Part shown: positions 49,301-62,267 of the stretch, in pieces
Layout: each line of letters opens with the position of its first letter
How positions within the stretch are numbered: the stretch's first letter is position 1
Source of the DNA: Callorhinchus milii
Taxonomy: Eukaryota
NCBI RefSeq assembly: GCF_018977255.1
Contig: NW_024704751.1
Location: 19,654,001-19,718,000, forward strand
DNA: 64,000 bases
Direction of reading: 5' to 3'
Program-made: the position numbers and the translations under genes
The notes under the pieces: generated by a model
The model's database searches: none
The model's input: only the letters and a program-made list of their open reading frames with translations
Told to the model about the DNA's origin: nothing

Positions 49301-50253
49301 CCTTGCTATTGAAATAGCAACTTTCACATAGTCAAAACATCTCAATTTACTGTAAAGTTCAATGACTATGTACTTTATAGGCAAATGCAGCTGCCAACTT
49401 TGCATGGAGCGATGTCCCACAAACTGCCTCGAACAGCCAGCACTGAGGGGTATGTAAGCACAAAGGGTCGGGGGGGGGCACTGCATCGTTGGTGGTGCCG
49501 TCCTTCGGATGAGACATTAAACTGATGAACCTGTCCGTACCTGTTAAGGTGTACGATAAAGATCCCATGCACTGTTCAAAAAGAGAAGGGAGTTTTTTTT
49601 TCTCTCCTACTGCCCTGGTCAACAATCCCCCGAATAAAATTGGTCACTCACATCATGGCTGTTTGTGGGACACCCCTTTGTGCACCCGGCTGCCTCGTTT
49701 CGCCCACAGAATACACAGACACTACACTTTACAGCAAATCCTGCGAAGCCTTCTGAGACGTCTCGACAAAATGATGAGGCGTTAATAATAATCGATGCAT
49801 TTGATGCAGCGCCTTATCACGTCTTTGAGGCGTCTCAAAGCGCTTCACGGGGATACACTGTAAAGTGAATTGGTTGCGTGTTTTGCGTTGCATCAAATGC
49901 AAAGATTATTAGAGTCTCGAGACGGGGCTCGAATCCAGAAATACTTCGAACTCAGAGGCCAAACGGCTGAACAAACACATGCACACGATTTCCCGCTGCT
50001 GATATTTTCATTATTATTATTGTTATTAACAAATGGGAGTTTTTCTCACCCGTCTCAAGGGTGCCTCGGGTCGCCTGGCGCCTCGACGGTCCCCGGGGGA
50101 ACGTTTCCTCGGGACCGGGGACCAGCTGCCGCCGGAGGAGCCGGAGCTGGAGCGCTTGGGCGGCTGCGGCCTAAAATCGGGCTTCTCCTCTTTGATCCTC
50201 GGCCTTTCCTGAGCGCCGCCCCGCGTCCGCGAGGCCCGGCTCTGCCTCTGCAT
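46326..50253 (-). CDS. SNIP1: Smad nuclear-interacting protein 1 (FHA domain, RES complex Pml1 orthologue)
   Basis: Coding exons 50253-50050, 48852-48245, 46587-46326 (1074 nt, 357 aa). FHA region WRLYPFKNDEPLPVMHIHRQSAYLLGRQRRIVDIPIDHPSCSKQHAVLQYRLV...IIDLGSANGTYLNN. The first coding exon is less certain than the FHA exons. Confidence 0.95.
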
Positions 50254-50379
50254 CGGGGTCCGGGGGAGGCGCCCGACTCACTCCCGGCGACACATGAACT
50301 GGAAAGAAACGAAATACACACACACAAAAAAAAAGACTTGTTTTAATGTAAAAAAAATTATAATGATCTTATTTTATAC

Positions 50380-50500
50380 CGAACCGGGAACCGGGAGCGG
50401 CTCCGGCAGCCAGAGCCCGCACTTCCGGGTCAGAGGTCAGACAGCTGACCCCCCCCCTCGGGGTCAGGAGCTGTCAATCATTGCTCACTGTCAATCACTC
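50380..50500 (-). promoter_or_regulatory. SNIP1 promoter / probable non-coding first exon
   Basis: Donor gtataa at 50379 and acceptor ttccag before 50298; ETS CCGGAAGT (50421-50428); two TGATTGACAG PBX-PREP/MEIS decamers (50471-50480, 50488-50497). Confidence 0.6.
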
Positions 50501-51565
50501 CCATTCACTGCTCTTCATTTCATCATCATCATCATCACCATAATAACACCACTGCATTTGACGCAGCGCCTCTGTCACCTCTTCGAGACGTCTCAAAGCG
50601 CTTCACGGGATACACTGTAAAGTGGATTTACTTTTAAAACATTCAAATGAATCTGCACCTCCTCTTGTTACAGCATCTTGGGACCCACTCCCGATGTGAA
50701 ATGGAAGGCGCAGATATAAATGTAAATTTTTGTACTGTTTTCGCTGCCCCCACTCCTTACACCCGTTAAATTATAACGTGGGGGGCGGTCAGCCAGGTGT
50801 CTGATACATGTGGAAACCCATCACCCATGCTTAAGAGTTTCCACACCAAACTGAAGTTACCTGTATCATTATAATAAAATTATATTAATCCTTGCATACT
50901 ATTATTATTATAATACATGCATTTGATACAATGTCTTTCACGCTGAGACATCCCAAAGCGTCTTACAGGATGTAGAGTGCTAGCCTCGCAAGCGAGAGGA
51001 TCTGGATTTGATTTCCGGGCGGAACAAAACCTTAAATAAGTTTCCTTACTCCACACACCTCTGTTTACCTGGCAATAAGTAGGAACCCAGTTGTTAGTTT
51101 GCTTTTTCGGGGTAATAATCCCTTCAAAAAAATAATTTGTTAACTCAATCCATGACTGTTTGTGGGAGACTGCTGTGTGCAATTGGCTGCTGCGTTTCAG
51201 CCAAAGTATATTCTGTGAAATTCTTTGAGACATCTCAACGACGAGATAAGATGCAATATCAAATGCAAGGATTATTATTATTTTAAAGTGGAGTGCGTTT
51301 TGTGGGCAATTATTTTATTGGGGGATTGTTGGCCAGAAGACCAGGAGAAACTCCCTTCTCGTTTCCAATAGCGTCATAGGATCTTTAATGTCCACCTGAC
51401 CGGACCACCGGGACCTTGGTTTCACATCAAATCTGGAGGAAAGCCACCTTCTTCACCTCCACCCCCCCCCCATGTGCCAGTCCAGACCGTGAGCTCAATG
51501 TCCCTAAACCTAGACTCTATATGTGGAGTTCCCAATTGTCTGGTTGGGAGATTTAAGCATGGCAA

Positions 51566-51680
51566 CGGGGCGATGGGGCGACGCGGCGATGGGGTGATGG
51601 GGCGATGGGGCGACGCGGCGATGGGGTGATGGGGCGATGGGGGGATGGGGCGACGCGGCGATGGGGCGATCCGGCGATGG
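51566..51680. repeat. 8-bp minisatellite (ggcgatgg/ggcgacgc)n
   Basis: About 14 tandem units between the SNIP1 and DNALI1 promoters. Confidence 0.9.
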
Positions 51681-51774
51681 GCTTCCGTGTGAAAAGGCAT
51701 CTCTGAAGGCAAAGATCCAGACACCATCCCTGGGTATAAAGGGCTCTGATACCATTAATGGGTGGGGGGAAAAG

Positions 51775-51910
51775 GGCTGGGGGCTGTGAGACTGTAATGG
51801 GGGGGGAGGGGGCGGCTGTGAAACTGTAATGGGGGGGGGAGGAGGGGGCTGTCAGACTCTAATGGGGGGGAGGGGGCGGCTGTGAGACTCTAATGGGGGG
51901 GGGGCAGTGA
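51775..51910. repeat. ~30-bp G-rich tandem repeat (ggctgtgagactgtaatggggggga..) x4
   Basis: Four imperfect direct copies upstream of the DNALI1 CpG island. Confidence 0.85.
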
Positions 51911-52027
51911 CTCTATCGGTCCGCGGTTTAATGTGTCCGGGGGCCGGTGTTTCCCCCCGGAGCGCTGTCACCGCTGCACCGCCGGCTTCCGGTGAGGGGA
52001 GGGAGGGGGGGAGTGGGGAATGGATCC

Positions 52028-52041
52028 GTTGCCATAGCAAC
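52028..52041. promoter_or_regulatory. RFX X-box GTTGCCATAGCAAC
   Basis: Canonical near-palindromic X-box 76 bp upstream of the DNALI1 ATG, as expected for a motile-cilia gene. Confidence 0.85.
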
Positions 52042-52116
52042 GGCGGCGGCGTTGGAGCCGCAGCAACAGAGAGAGAGAGAGAGACAGGGAGAGGCGGGAA
52101 AAGCCGGGAGCGCAGG

Positions 52117-55100
52117 ATGATCCCACCCGTGGACTCGCTGCTCAAATACGACCACCCGCTGCTCATCAGCCGCAACACCGAGAAAAAGTCCACAAAGGTC
52201 CCTCCCCGCGGGGGGTGGGGGGGGGGGGGGGAGAGGGGAATGGGGGGAGGGAGAGGGGAGGGGGGAATTTGCTCCACTCTGATACAGTCGCCCTCACTCG
52301 CTGGGGGCTGTCTTGCTTTGCTAACATTGATAATAATAATAATAATAATTCTCTCGTTTGGACCCGGCGCCTGTATCGCGTCTCCCTCGAGGCGTCTCAA
52401 AGCGCTTCGCGGGATACACTGCAAAGTGTAGTGACCGTGTGTTTTGTGGGCAAAGCACGGCAGCCCCAATTGCGTCCCCGGCGACGTCCCCGCAAACAGT
52501 CGTAGATCGAGTTGAGTGGCCAAATTATTATTATTTAATTATTTGTTTTGAAAGGATTGTTACTCCTGGATAGCAATCCGCCATAACGACCGGGTTCCCG
52601 CTGACTGCTTGGTCAACAGAGACCGTGCGGAGTGAGGAACGTTAAGGGTTCACCCTGCTCAGGATCCAAACTCAGGTCCTCTCGCTTGAGAGACTTGTGA
52701 ACTTGCACTTACATAGCGCCCTCCATGCAGGGTAGCGTCTCAGAGCGCTTAACTGTGGCGGAGCCGGGGGGGAGGGTGGAGGTGGCTGTGATCACGGTCG
52801 AACAGGAAGTTTTCAGGCGGGACTTGAAAGAGGGGAGAGAGGGGGAAAGCAGAGGGATTGAGGGAGAATGTTCCAGAGTTTGTAGCGGCTGAAACCGTGA
52901 CCTCCGATGGTGGAGCAGAGGGTGCGAGGGGCGAGCAGGAGACCGGTGCCAATTGAGCGGAGGTGGCTGGTGGTGAATTGGGGGGTGAGGAGGTTGGAGA
53001 GGGAGGGAGGTGCCAGGGAGTGAAGGGATTTGAACACGAGAGTGAGGATCTTGAAGTCGATCTGTTCGGTGATGGGGAGCCAGTGGAGCCTGGGCCAGAG
53101 CTGGTGAGATGTGGATATGGAGTTTGGTTCGGGTCAGTATGTGGGCGGCAGAATTTTGAATGAGCTGATCTTGTGAATGGTGGAGCTGGGGAGACCAGCG
53201 GGGAGTGTGTTAGAGTAATCCAAGCGGGAGGTGACAAACACATGGCGCAAGGGTTTTGGCTGCATTTGGGGTAAGGTACAGTCGGAGGTGGGCAATGTGG
53301 TGGAGGTGGAAGAAGGCGGTCCTGGTCAGGGAAGAAGGACAGTTGGGAGTCGAACTGGATGCCTAGGTTACGCACTGGTTCGGTGAGTCTGAGGTAGAGC
53401 CCAGGGAGGTTGAGGAATTTAGATCCGCAGGAGTGAAGATGTTGATGGGAGCCAAGGAGTATGGATTCCGTCTTGTCCATATTCAGCAGCAGCAAGTTTA
53501 CACTCTTCCAGGCCTTGATGTTTGCCAGACAAGCTGATAGAACATCGGCAGACCTGGAGTTGGTGCTGGAGGAGGCAAAGTAGGATTTGTGTGTCGTCCG
53601 CATACATGTAGAAGTCTGCGGATGAACTCGCCCAGAGTATATAGATAAGGAAAAGAAGAGTGCCAAGGATGGAGCCCTGGGGTACCCTGCAGGTGACTGG
53701 CTGGGGGCGGGAGGAGAAACCATTTGCTGAGATGAAATGGAGGCGGTTGGTTAAGTAGGACGCAAACCATGCGAGTGCGGTCCCACTAAGGTAGATGAGG
53801 GAGGAGAGCCAATGGAGGAAGATGGCGTGATCGACTGTGTCGGATGTGGCAGAGAGATCCAGGAGGACGAGCAGGCAGAGGGAGCCCTAGTCACAGATAG
53901 AGAGAATGTTTTGTGACTTTGACAAGCGCTGTCTCTGTGCTGTGCTGTGGGCAGTCAGGGCAAAAACAGACTGCAGGGGCTCGAAGAGTGAGTGGAGGGA
54001 AAGGTGTGACGGAGCACGCTAACTATTACGCTACAGGACTCCATGACCAATACGCTAAAGGATTCCACATCGTGTCCATGCTCAACTACGCTAATTCCCT
54101 ATTTCCATGAACTACAGATTATTCAGAATTCTGGAGCTTGTGTCCTCTCCCACACCAAGCTCCGTGAGCTCCACCTCAGGCCTTCGAACTCAAAGTCGAG
54201 GCTGACATTTGCGCAATTGCTTCATCGCTGTTTGTGGGACATTGCTGTGCACAAGTTGCCTGCCGCATTCACCTACAAAATACACACTTTACAAACTCTG
54301 TGATATTTTTACCTGATAAAGTGCTATATCAAATGCAAACATTATTACTTTGGGTCAAAACATTTCAAAGCTCTTCATAGTAATTAACTGTTGAGTGTAG
54401 TGACTGTTTATTGGTAAGCGAATATGGCAGTTAATTTGTACTCCGGTAGGTCCCACAAACAGCCATGAAGTGAATGACAAAGAGTAATAGCATAGATGTA
54501 TTTAAAGGGAAGCTAGAATGAGGGATATACATGAGGGAGACAGGAATGGAAGGTTATGCTGATAGGCAAAGTTGAGGAAGGGCGGGAGGAGTCTCATTTG
54601 AAGCATAAACACCAGGATAGAGCAGTTGGGCCAAATGGGCTGTTTCTGTATGAATATAGATGATTAAAATCCAGAAGAGAACCACCACCTTTAATAGTAC
54701 CAATAATTTCCTTATAACATGCTCCAAATCCTGAATACAATGAATAGATTGACCAATATCATTCTAGATATTGCCTTTCATTCTTCAGTACTGAAAATGA
54801 TTAACTACTTTGTGTCTATTTTTTAAATTATATTCTTGGAATGCCAGGAATTTGATCTTCTATTGCGATGAATGCAACAACAACAACAAGATTACATTTG
54901 TATAGCGCCTTTCACATCGGGAGGACGTGAAAAAAAACAGCCATGAAGTGAATGACCAAACAGTAATAGCAATAATAATAATAATATTATTAATAATAGT
55001 AATAATAGTAATAGTAAATGCAAGTCCGAGGATGTGCAATTAATTGATTTGCTTTTGGTCTGTTACAGTCTCGTGCTTTGAAAGTGACTCCCCAGCCTCC

Positions 55101-58100
55101 TCTGTCTACATCACCCATCCCAAGCCCTCCAAAAGCCAAACCCCTTTTAGAGGATGTCAGCAGGCAGACAGAGGAGATTTTAAATGCAATCTTGCCTCCC
55201 AGGTAATATGACAGATTGTCATTCATAATCGTTGTTTAGGAATGTTTGAGAAAATCGGCCTGAAAATAAAAACCTTTTGGTACCTAATTTGTTTTATTGT
55301 TGCCGGTTTCCCCCCTCTCCCTTCTCTGCAGATCTTGTCTCGTGACAGGACTTGGTTCACCAGCAATCCCCCAGTATCTCCGCCAAATTGGTGATGAAAG
55401 CTGTTCAGCTCTGGAGGACATAAGCTCTGAATCCAAATCTGTCCTCAGCCGATGTCCCCATGTGCACACTTAGTACTGGGGTGGCCACTGAACTCAGGAA
55501 GGGCAAGGAAAACCTGGGACATTGTGTTCAGCCACTACACCCCAAAGCTTTGGAACTCACTCCCCCAATCCCTCCGCCTTCCCCCTCCATCCCCTCTTTT
55601 GGATTAAGACTGAAGACCATCCTCTTAGATAGAACTTAAGGTCACCTCCTCCCTCTCCCCAGCTTGGTGTCAGGCTCCTCCACTGTTAAGCCTTTGAAAC
55701 ACTGGCGCGCCTGAAGGGCGCTATATAAATGCAACCTTTCCCCTTCTCTAACTCGCAAAAACCCTGAAAGAGCATTGGTGTCATTGACTTTGCTTAAAAA
55801 GTGAGACCATGAGACGATTGGAACCTTTGAGGGGCATTGTGCCCTCCAAAATAGGTCAGATTTGGGAACAGAGTGAGGATATGCTATTTTACCCAGATTG
55901 TGTCTCACTTTCTTTGTAGAACTATACCATCAGATCTCGAGCTGAAGCCTTATTCCCTAGGGCGCCTTGGTTAACAAGTGCATGAATGCATTAAGTGCTT
56001 TTGCTGAGCGAAAGAGTCATTGCAATTCTTCATCTCTTACGTGAAACGTCTTGTGGGAGGGGGAGACCACAAGGGAAAGCGAAGAAACGGAGTTACAGCA
56101 GCACAAACTCGCACTTCTGAAGCACCTTTCATGTAGGAAAATGTCTCCAAGCAGTTAGTAGCAGGATAAGTAGGTAGGAGATGACGACATTTACAATCAA
56201 AGAAATCAGATTTTGGATGGGTTTTCAAATCAAAGAGGGAGGAAGCAAGGTAGAGGGATTTGGGGAACAAGTGCCAGAGAACAGGGGCGTCAGTGCTGAA
56301 AGCTTACTTGCAGGTGTTGGGGAGGAATGGATGAGGACATGCAGAATCCTGAGTTGGCAGTGGATGATGGATGAGTGGGACCATAGTAGGTTGCTGAAGT
56401 GGTCGGGGGGGACAAGACTGGAGGCATTTGAAGGTAAGAACAAGGATCTGAAAAAGCAGAGACAAAGCCAAACACATTATGCGGTTGCACTGGATCAAGC
56501 CTTGGGTTTTGTGTTGTGCTGCAGAGAATGGGCGGAGAACGGACAGCTTTGGGTGCAGCAGGTCTCCAGCAATCCATGCACACGTATCGATGTCGTCCAC
56601 CTGCAGGAACAACTGGACCTGAAGCTGCAGCAGAGGCAGGCTCGGGAGACCGGCATCTGCCCAGTCCGCAGGGAGCTCTACTCACAGTGCTTTGGTGAGC
56701 GGTACCCCTGCAGAAGGAACAAGGAAACAAGGAAATTTGGCTGATTGAGCCTGCTCCGCCATAGCCATTCTATGGCCCATCCACTACAACCTCCCCTAAT
56801 CCCAATCCCCTGCCGTATCCTTCAATAACATTACACCCCAAGTGTCTCTCAACCTCTCTCTTAAATCCCTCGATTGACTTCTCCCACTGATTTTCTGGGG
56901 CAGAGAAAGAATTCGTTGACACCCTCACTGGGCAATGGTCACCCATCACCCCATATTCAAAAGAGAAGACTATTTGAGAGTAGAATGTTTTATGTGAGTG
57001 ACGTTTCGTGTTATGGCGGAGCAGGCTCTGCTATGGCGGAGCAGGCTCAATCAGCCAAATTTCCTTGTTTCCTTGTTCACAGATGAACTGATTCGGCAGG
57101 TCACCATTAACTGTGCAGAACGTGGGCTGCTCTTGTTGCGAGTCCGTGATGAGATCCGTATGACCATCTCTGCCTATCAGACACTGTACGAAAGCAGTGT
57201 GGCCTTCGGGATGAGGAAAGCCTTACAAGCGGAAGAGGGCAAGGCAGACATGGAGAAAAAGGTAGAGGCTTGGAGTTAGTTAAAAGATGTAACTCATTAA
57301 CTTGTGTAAATAATGAGGCATATTTTATAAATAAACACTATCACAATGTTTAGGCAGTGAGTAAGTTGAAATTTAAATATCTTACTGTGTGAAATCTGAT
57401 CAGAGCAGAATCTAGAAATTACCAAAATATCTAACACTTGCATTTTGCCAGACTGGAATCAAGGCCTTCCACTAAATACATATTTCTTCATAAAGCTTCT
57501 GCTTCCAAGCACCTACAACAACAACAAATTGCATTTGTATAATGCTTTTCACATCAGGAGGATGTCCCTATCCTAGAATGCTGGACAGTAAAGGATTTGG
57601 ACCCAAGCTGAGGGTTGGATGTCCCTATCCTAGAATGTCCCTATCTCAGTGCAAAGAGATATTTTAATGACCTTTTCTCCTTTGTCTTTATGTGGAAACA
57701 GACAACAGTAAAATACAGCAAATCTGTTTCCTGGATTTAATGCTTAAAGGAGCAAGATGTGGGGTTTAATAATAATAATCCTTGCATTTGATACCGCGCC
57801 TTCTCATGACTTCTCATGACTTCTCAAAGCGCTTTACAGGATACACCATAAAGTGGATCGACTGTATATTTTGTGGGTGAAACATAGCAGCCAATTGTGC
57901 ACAGCCATGTCCCACAAACAGTCGTGGATTGAGTGACCAAACTATTATCATTATTTAATTTTTAAAAAAATTCTCCTTCCCTTTTCAGATCGCTGATTTG
58001 GAAGTAGAAAAGAAAGAACTGGAGAGACAGGTGAACGAACAGAAAGCAAAGTGTGAAGGAATAGAAAAGCGAGAGAATGAAAGACGGCAAGTGGATGACA

Positions 58101-59711
58101 AGAAACACGCTGAAGAAATACAGTTTCTCAAACGAACTAATCAGCAGCTTAAGGTGAGCAAAAGCTTTGCTCCTGTTTGCAGTTTGCTGCCAGGAGCAAT
58201 TACACTGACAATAACACACGATATGTTGGGGCTCTCTTCACACTTTGTTCTCCGTAACTTTCAGATCATGCGTTTTTAAGTGTTCACTTCTGAAAATCGT
58301 AAATCGGGAATGGTGGCTAGGTAGATCACTGTAAATATTCCACTTTATGTCACTTAAAATAAACGGATGAAGCATTTCAGGAATTAGTTCACACACAGTG
58401 TCAGGGAATGGCTGCAGTTCCATGCCATCACAGCCATTGGGGATGATGTACTATATTCAACAAGTGATCAGTTCTCAATCTTAGTTGGAAAGGAGTCCTG
58501 TAGCTCATTGGTTAGAGCACTCGCTTTGCTGAATTCAATTCCCGGCAGGTCAGGGCGAAACCTTGGGTAAATTTCCTTACTCCACACAGAGCCTAATAAT
58601 AATCCTCCCAAACCAAAAACAATAATAAATTGGTCATTTTCAATCTATGACTGTTTGTGGGACATTGCTGTGCGGTATTGGTTGCGCGTTTCGCCCACAA
58701 ATATACAGTCAATTCACTTTACAGTGTATTCTGTGAAGCGCTTTAAGACATCTAGAAGATGTGAAAAGCGCTATATCAAATGCAAGGATTATTATTATTA
58801 AGTTCCCAAATGAATCACCTGTTGGCTTTGCTGGTTCTGTAGCTGGTTGTGGTGTGTCACCCAAACAAGATCCGAATATGGGGAGACTGAAATTAACACA
58901 GCGTTTGCAAGGTTCCTAGTTTACTTCTTTCACGTTGGGTAGCAATCATCTCTTCGGTTAGCAGTCCTCCATGTCGATGCTCTTTCCCATCCATCACTCA
59001 CAAAAGTCAATGCTGTTTTAAGTCGTGTTATGTCCATTTAAATCAGTTTTATTCATATTGGTACAAGGCCATTTCATTATAGTTTTGAAAGCCTCAATGA
59101 ATTACCTATGGATTGAGGTTACTACCATGTTGGCAATAGCTTTAGAGCAGTGACTGCTGTGGATAGTTTATGGGCACATTCTCAATGATGGCCTGGAATC
59201 TATGGCTGAATTGGGGCTTTTTNGATTAAAACAGAGGACACTAAAAGGGGATTATGGTAGAGGTCTTCAGGATTGTGATGATCCATAGAGAAATATAATT
59301 ATACATAAGGAAAAACAACTTCCTTTAATTGGAGGATACGGTGACAGAGGGGGCACGAGTCTCAGCATTGTTAGCTGAAAAAATAGGGAAGCGGTTTCTT
59401 GATTCTGAGGGGTTTTCAGGTTTAAAGTTCATTACAAGTTGTGATTAAGGCTGAATCAATTAAATCCATTCAAAACGGAATTGGATAACACCTGAGCAGG
59501 AAAAACATTAAGGGATACAGAGAAAGAGCCGGAAAGTGGGTGCACTCAATAAATGGTGATTTGTTAATATTGCTGGAGGGGCACAGACATAATGAGTCAA
59601 TGGCCTCCTTCTGTACTGAAAACATATTTTAAAAAATAATATAGAAGATATTACAGATTTCTTTTCTTATTATAGGTGCAACTGGAAGGCATAATTACTC
59701 CAAAGAAATGA
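52117..59711 (+). CDS. DNALI1: Dynein axonemal light intermediate chain 1 (p28)
   Basis: Exons 52117-52197, 55069-55202, 56525-56694, 57083-57261, 57989-58153, 59676-59711 (765 nt, 254 aa): [14 protein letters not shown]...[13 protein letters not shown]...[38 protein letters not shown]...[16 protein letters not shown] at 61032-61037. Confidence 0.97.
52700..53960 (-). mobile_element. L2-type LINE ORF2 remnant in DNALI1 intron 1
   Basis: [42 protein letters not shown] motifs. Confidence 0.9.
56717..57078. repeat. Perfect 49-bp inverted repeat at the two ends of DNALI1 intron 3
   Basis: 56717-56765 gaacaaggaaacaaggaaatttggctgattgagcctgctccgccatagc is the exact reverse complement of 57030-57078. 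Confidence 0.95.
58492..58800 (+). mobile_element. tRNA-derived SINE
   Basis: Same family as 12721-13048. Confidence 0.88.
59230..59620 (+). mobile_element. Degraded CR1 3' end
   Basis: Resembles 9640-10000 (aaggggattatggtagagg...attaagggatac...atggcctccttctgtactg). Confidence 0.6.
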
Positions 59712-61644
59712 AACTATCGCGATACATTTTCCATACAATCCATCAAACATTGCTGCGTGTTCACTGAGAATGAGTGTAATTTTAAATCGTATATTAATTG
59801 CTGCAGGAGGTAAGCTGTTATGTAGAAGCTCACTGATCTAAAGTAGTCATGGATATAAGGTGATATAAGGCATCAATTCAGTCTCTTTAAAACATTTCAT
59901 AATTTTAATTTAATTAGTGATTTCATTCATTCATTTTAAATTTAATTAATATCTCTACCCTTATAAAAATGCTTAGCAATTTGTATTTTTAAAAATTGCA
60001 TGAAAAGACAGTCCAAAGGGTTATCGGAATTGGAGAGTTAATGAGCACGAGTATATTTATATATATTATAGTATATTATATTATGTTTAGAGTAGCCGCT
60101 GATGCCGTGCCGCTCTTGCTTGAGCCGCTGATGGCTTCCCTCTTGCTGGTGAATCTGCCTGAAGTTTAAACAGGGACGTTTTGTTGGAGGAAGGTAAAAC
60201 ATTTAACATATAGCCCAGTTTTAAGAGATGGATTGGTACTATTAAGCGGTGTTTATTGTATTTACTCAAATCTACAGTGTTTTTTTCTTACTAAAACGTA
60301 TGTATAAGATCAGGCTGTGCCTTAGAATCAACAGCATTAGAAAAGCGTTACAGGATTTTTCTCCAGCCTCTGAAATCTGTGTTGCCTTTGATTCCGAGTA
60401 AATACAATAATTATCCTATGGTAGATTCTGAGCCTCTATATTTTTCTAAACTAAACTCGCCCTTTTTCAAGCAACCCTGTCTGTAAATGTGATCAGCACA
60501 CAATGTTAAAAATATATATGCACACTGCAAATTATTTTGAAGCGCATACATTTTTTTTAGGGGTATCGATAGTGACAAGAGCTCAATAATGCTTCATTAT
60601 TTCCTTCGAGACAAAAACAGGGTCTTTGGTTCATTAATGCAGTGTGGGAGCAGGCTGAACCAGAGTGACTTCACATTGGCAAAAGGCAATGAACCCAAAG
60701 ATGTGGAGAAGATTACAACTGTAGATTTTACAACAGAGTAGACATGAGACAAATCAATTTGTAAAACACTAAAGATGGAAAGCAGTTCGAGTTCTTACCC
60801 AGTGAAGCTGTGTGCAATGCTTGTTTTATATAGAACTCCAAGTCTTTGGTCAATGAGGTACTCCTACATGCAATTTGCTTTTTTCCCTCAGCTGTGATAT
60901 ATTATTTTCATTTTTGTGTTAAAGTACATTTTTGTTACTGGATGATTTCAAATTCCTCATTTTATTTTGCAGCAAATGTTCGGCAATGCATTTACATGGG
61001 TTCTGTTCTTTTAAAAGTAACAATTTCTTTAAATAAATTACTTAATTAGTAAACTTGTTTGAAGAAGTCGTCTCACTGCAAACACCAACATATAACATTA
61101 AAATATCCCAAAATGTTTCAAAGATAATTACTGTCAAGTAATTTTTATGGTGTATCCTATCAAGCACTTTGAGACATAAAAGGTGCTATATCAAATGTAA
61201 GGATTATTATAATTTTTAAATTATTTTTAAGACGGTTAGTTTTCAACTGTCAACATAATTGCTGACAATTCACAACCAGTAGATGGTGTTAACAGTCCAC
61301 AGTTCAGTTATAATATGCGGTTCTGCAATGCATATCATAGCATCTCAAACCAGTTAGACGCAGGAAAACAGTTACAGCAAGAATCTGTAACCACTAATGG
61401 AATTTTTAACAATACCCTTTACTTCACACCATACTTTTCTAAGTATGACTTGGATATGAAAACAAATCATCTGTACTGAGATGTGGCTTGAAGTTTCTCA
61501 GTATGTTTTCCCCCCCAAGCTTCTCTCCTGAATCAGTGGAGTCAACTTTCCACAGTGTTCAACAAAACACTGGCGGACTTTCACATCATGCCATATCCAA
61601 GTGATCAGGGACAGTGGTTACTCAGTTTTTTGCAATGAGGGAGT

Positions 61645-61840
61645 CATAGCAGAAGGGGGGGGGGGGTGGGGTCATAACAGAGGGAGGGTCAAAGTAGAGG
61701 GGGGGGCATAGCAGTGAGGGGGGTCATAGCAGAGAGAGGGTCAAAGCAGAGGGGTGGGGTCATAGGAGGGGTGGTCATAGCGGGGGGTGGGGGTTCATAG
61801 CAGAGGGGATTATAGCAGAGGGGGGGGTCATAGCACAGTG
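61645..61840. repeat. G-rich minisatellite (ggggtcatagcagag)n
   Basis: About 10 imperfect tandem units. Confidence 0.85.
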
Positions 61841-62267
61841 GGGCAATGCTGTTCTAAACCAACATCTACACACATTTAATTTCTTGTTAGGAGGGGGTGG
61901 ACACTAATCAGAAGTTCGAAATCAATTTGAATTCCTCCACCCGTGCCCCCACCGAGCCCGAGGGCAGTAACAAATTCAATGCCTAAATTTCCATTCCCCA
62001 ATCACCCATTAAAAGCTCTCGGGCAGTCTATTCAATGGTTCAAGAACTCAACAGGCATCACATAATCTGCTCTTCAACACACAAATCAAACCTAACACCG
62101 GATCCTGCAGTTCTTCACAGTATAAATGAAGCAAAGTGCTGTCACCACACTGGTACCTCTGCAGAGTTCCACTGTTACAAACGGGACAAGTTTTAAAATA
62201 TAGTAGTTTCTTCAATCATCGAACGATACTCATTGATACTTTTAAAATATGCAAAAATCAGAATAAA

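Noticed and set aside
51566-51910. CRISPR-like array
   Set aside because: Tandem minisatellites with no unique spacers, in a vertebrate genome.
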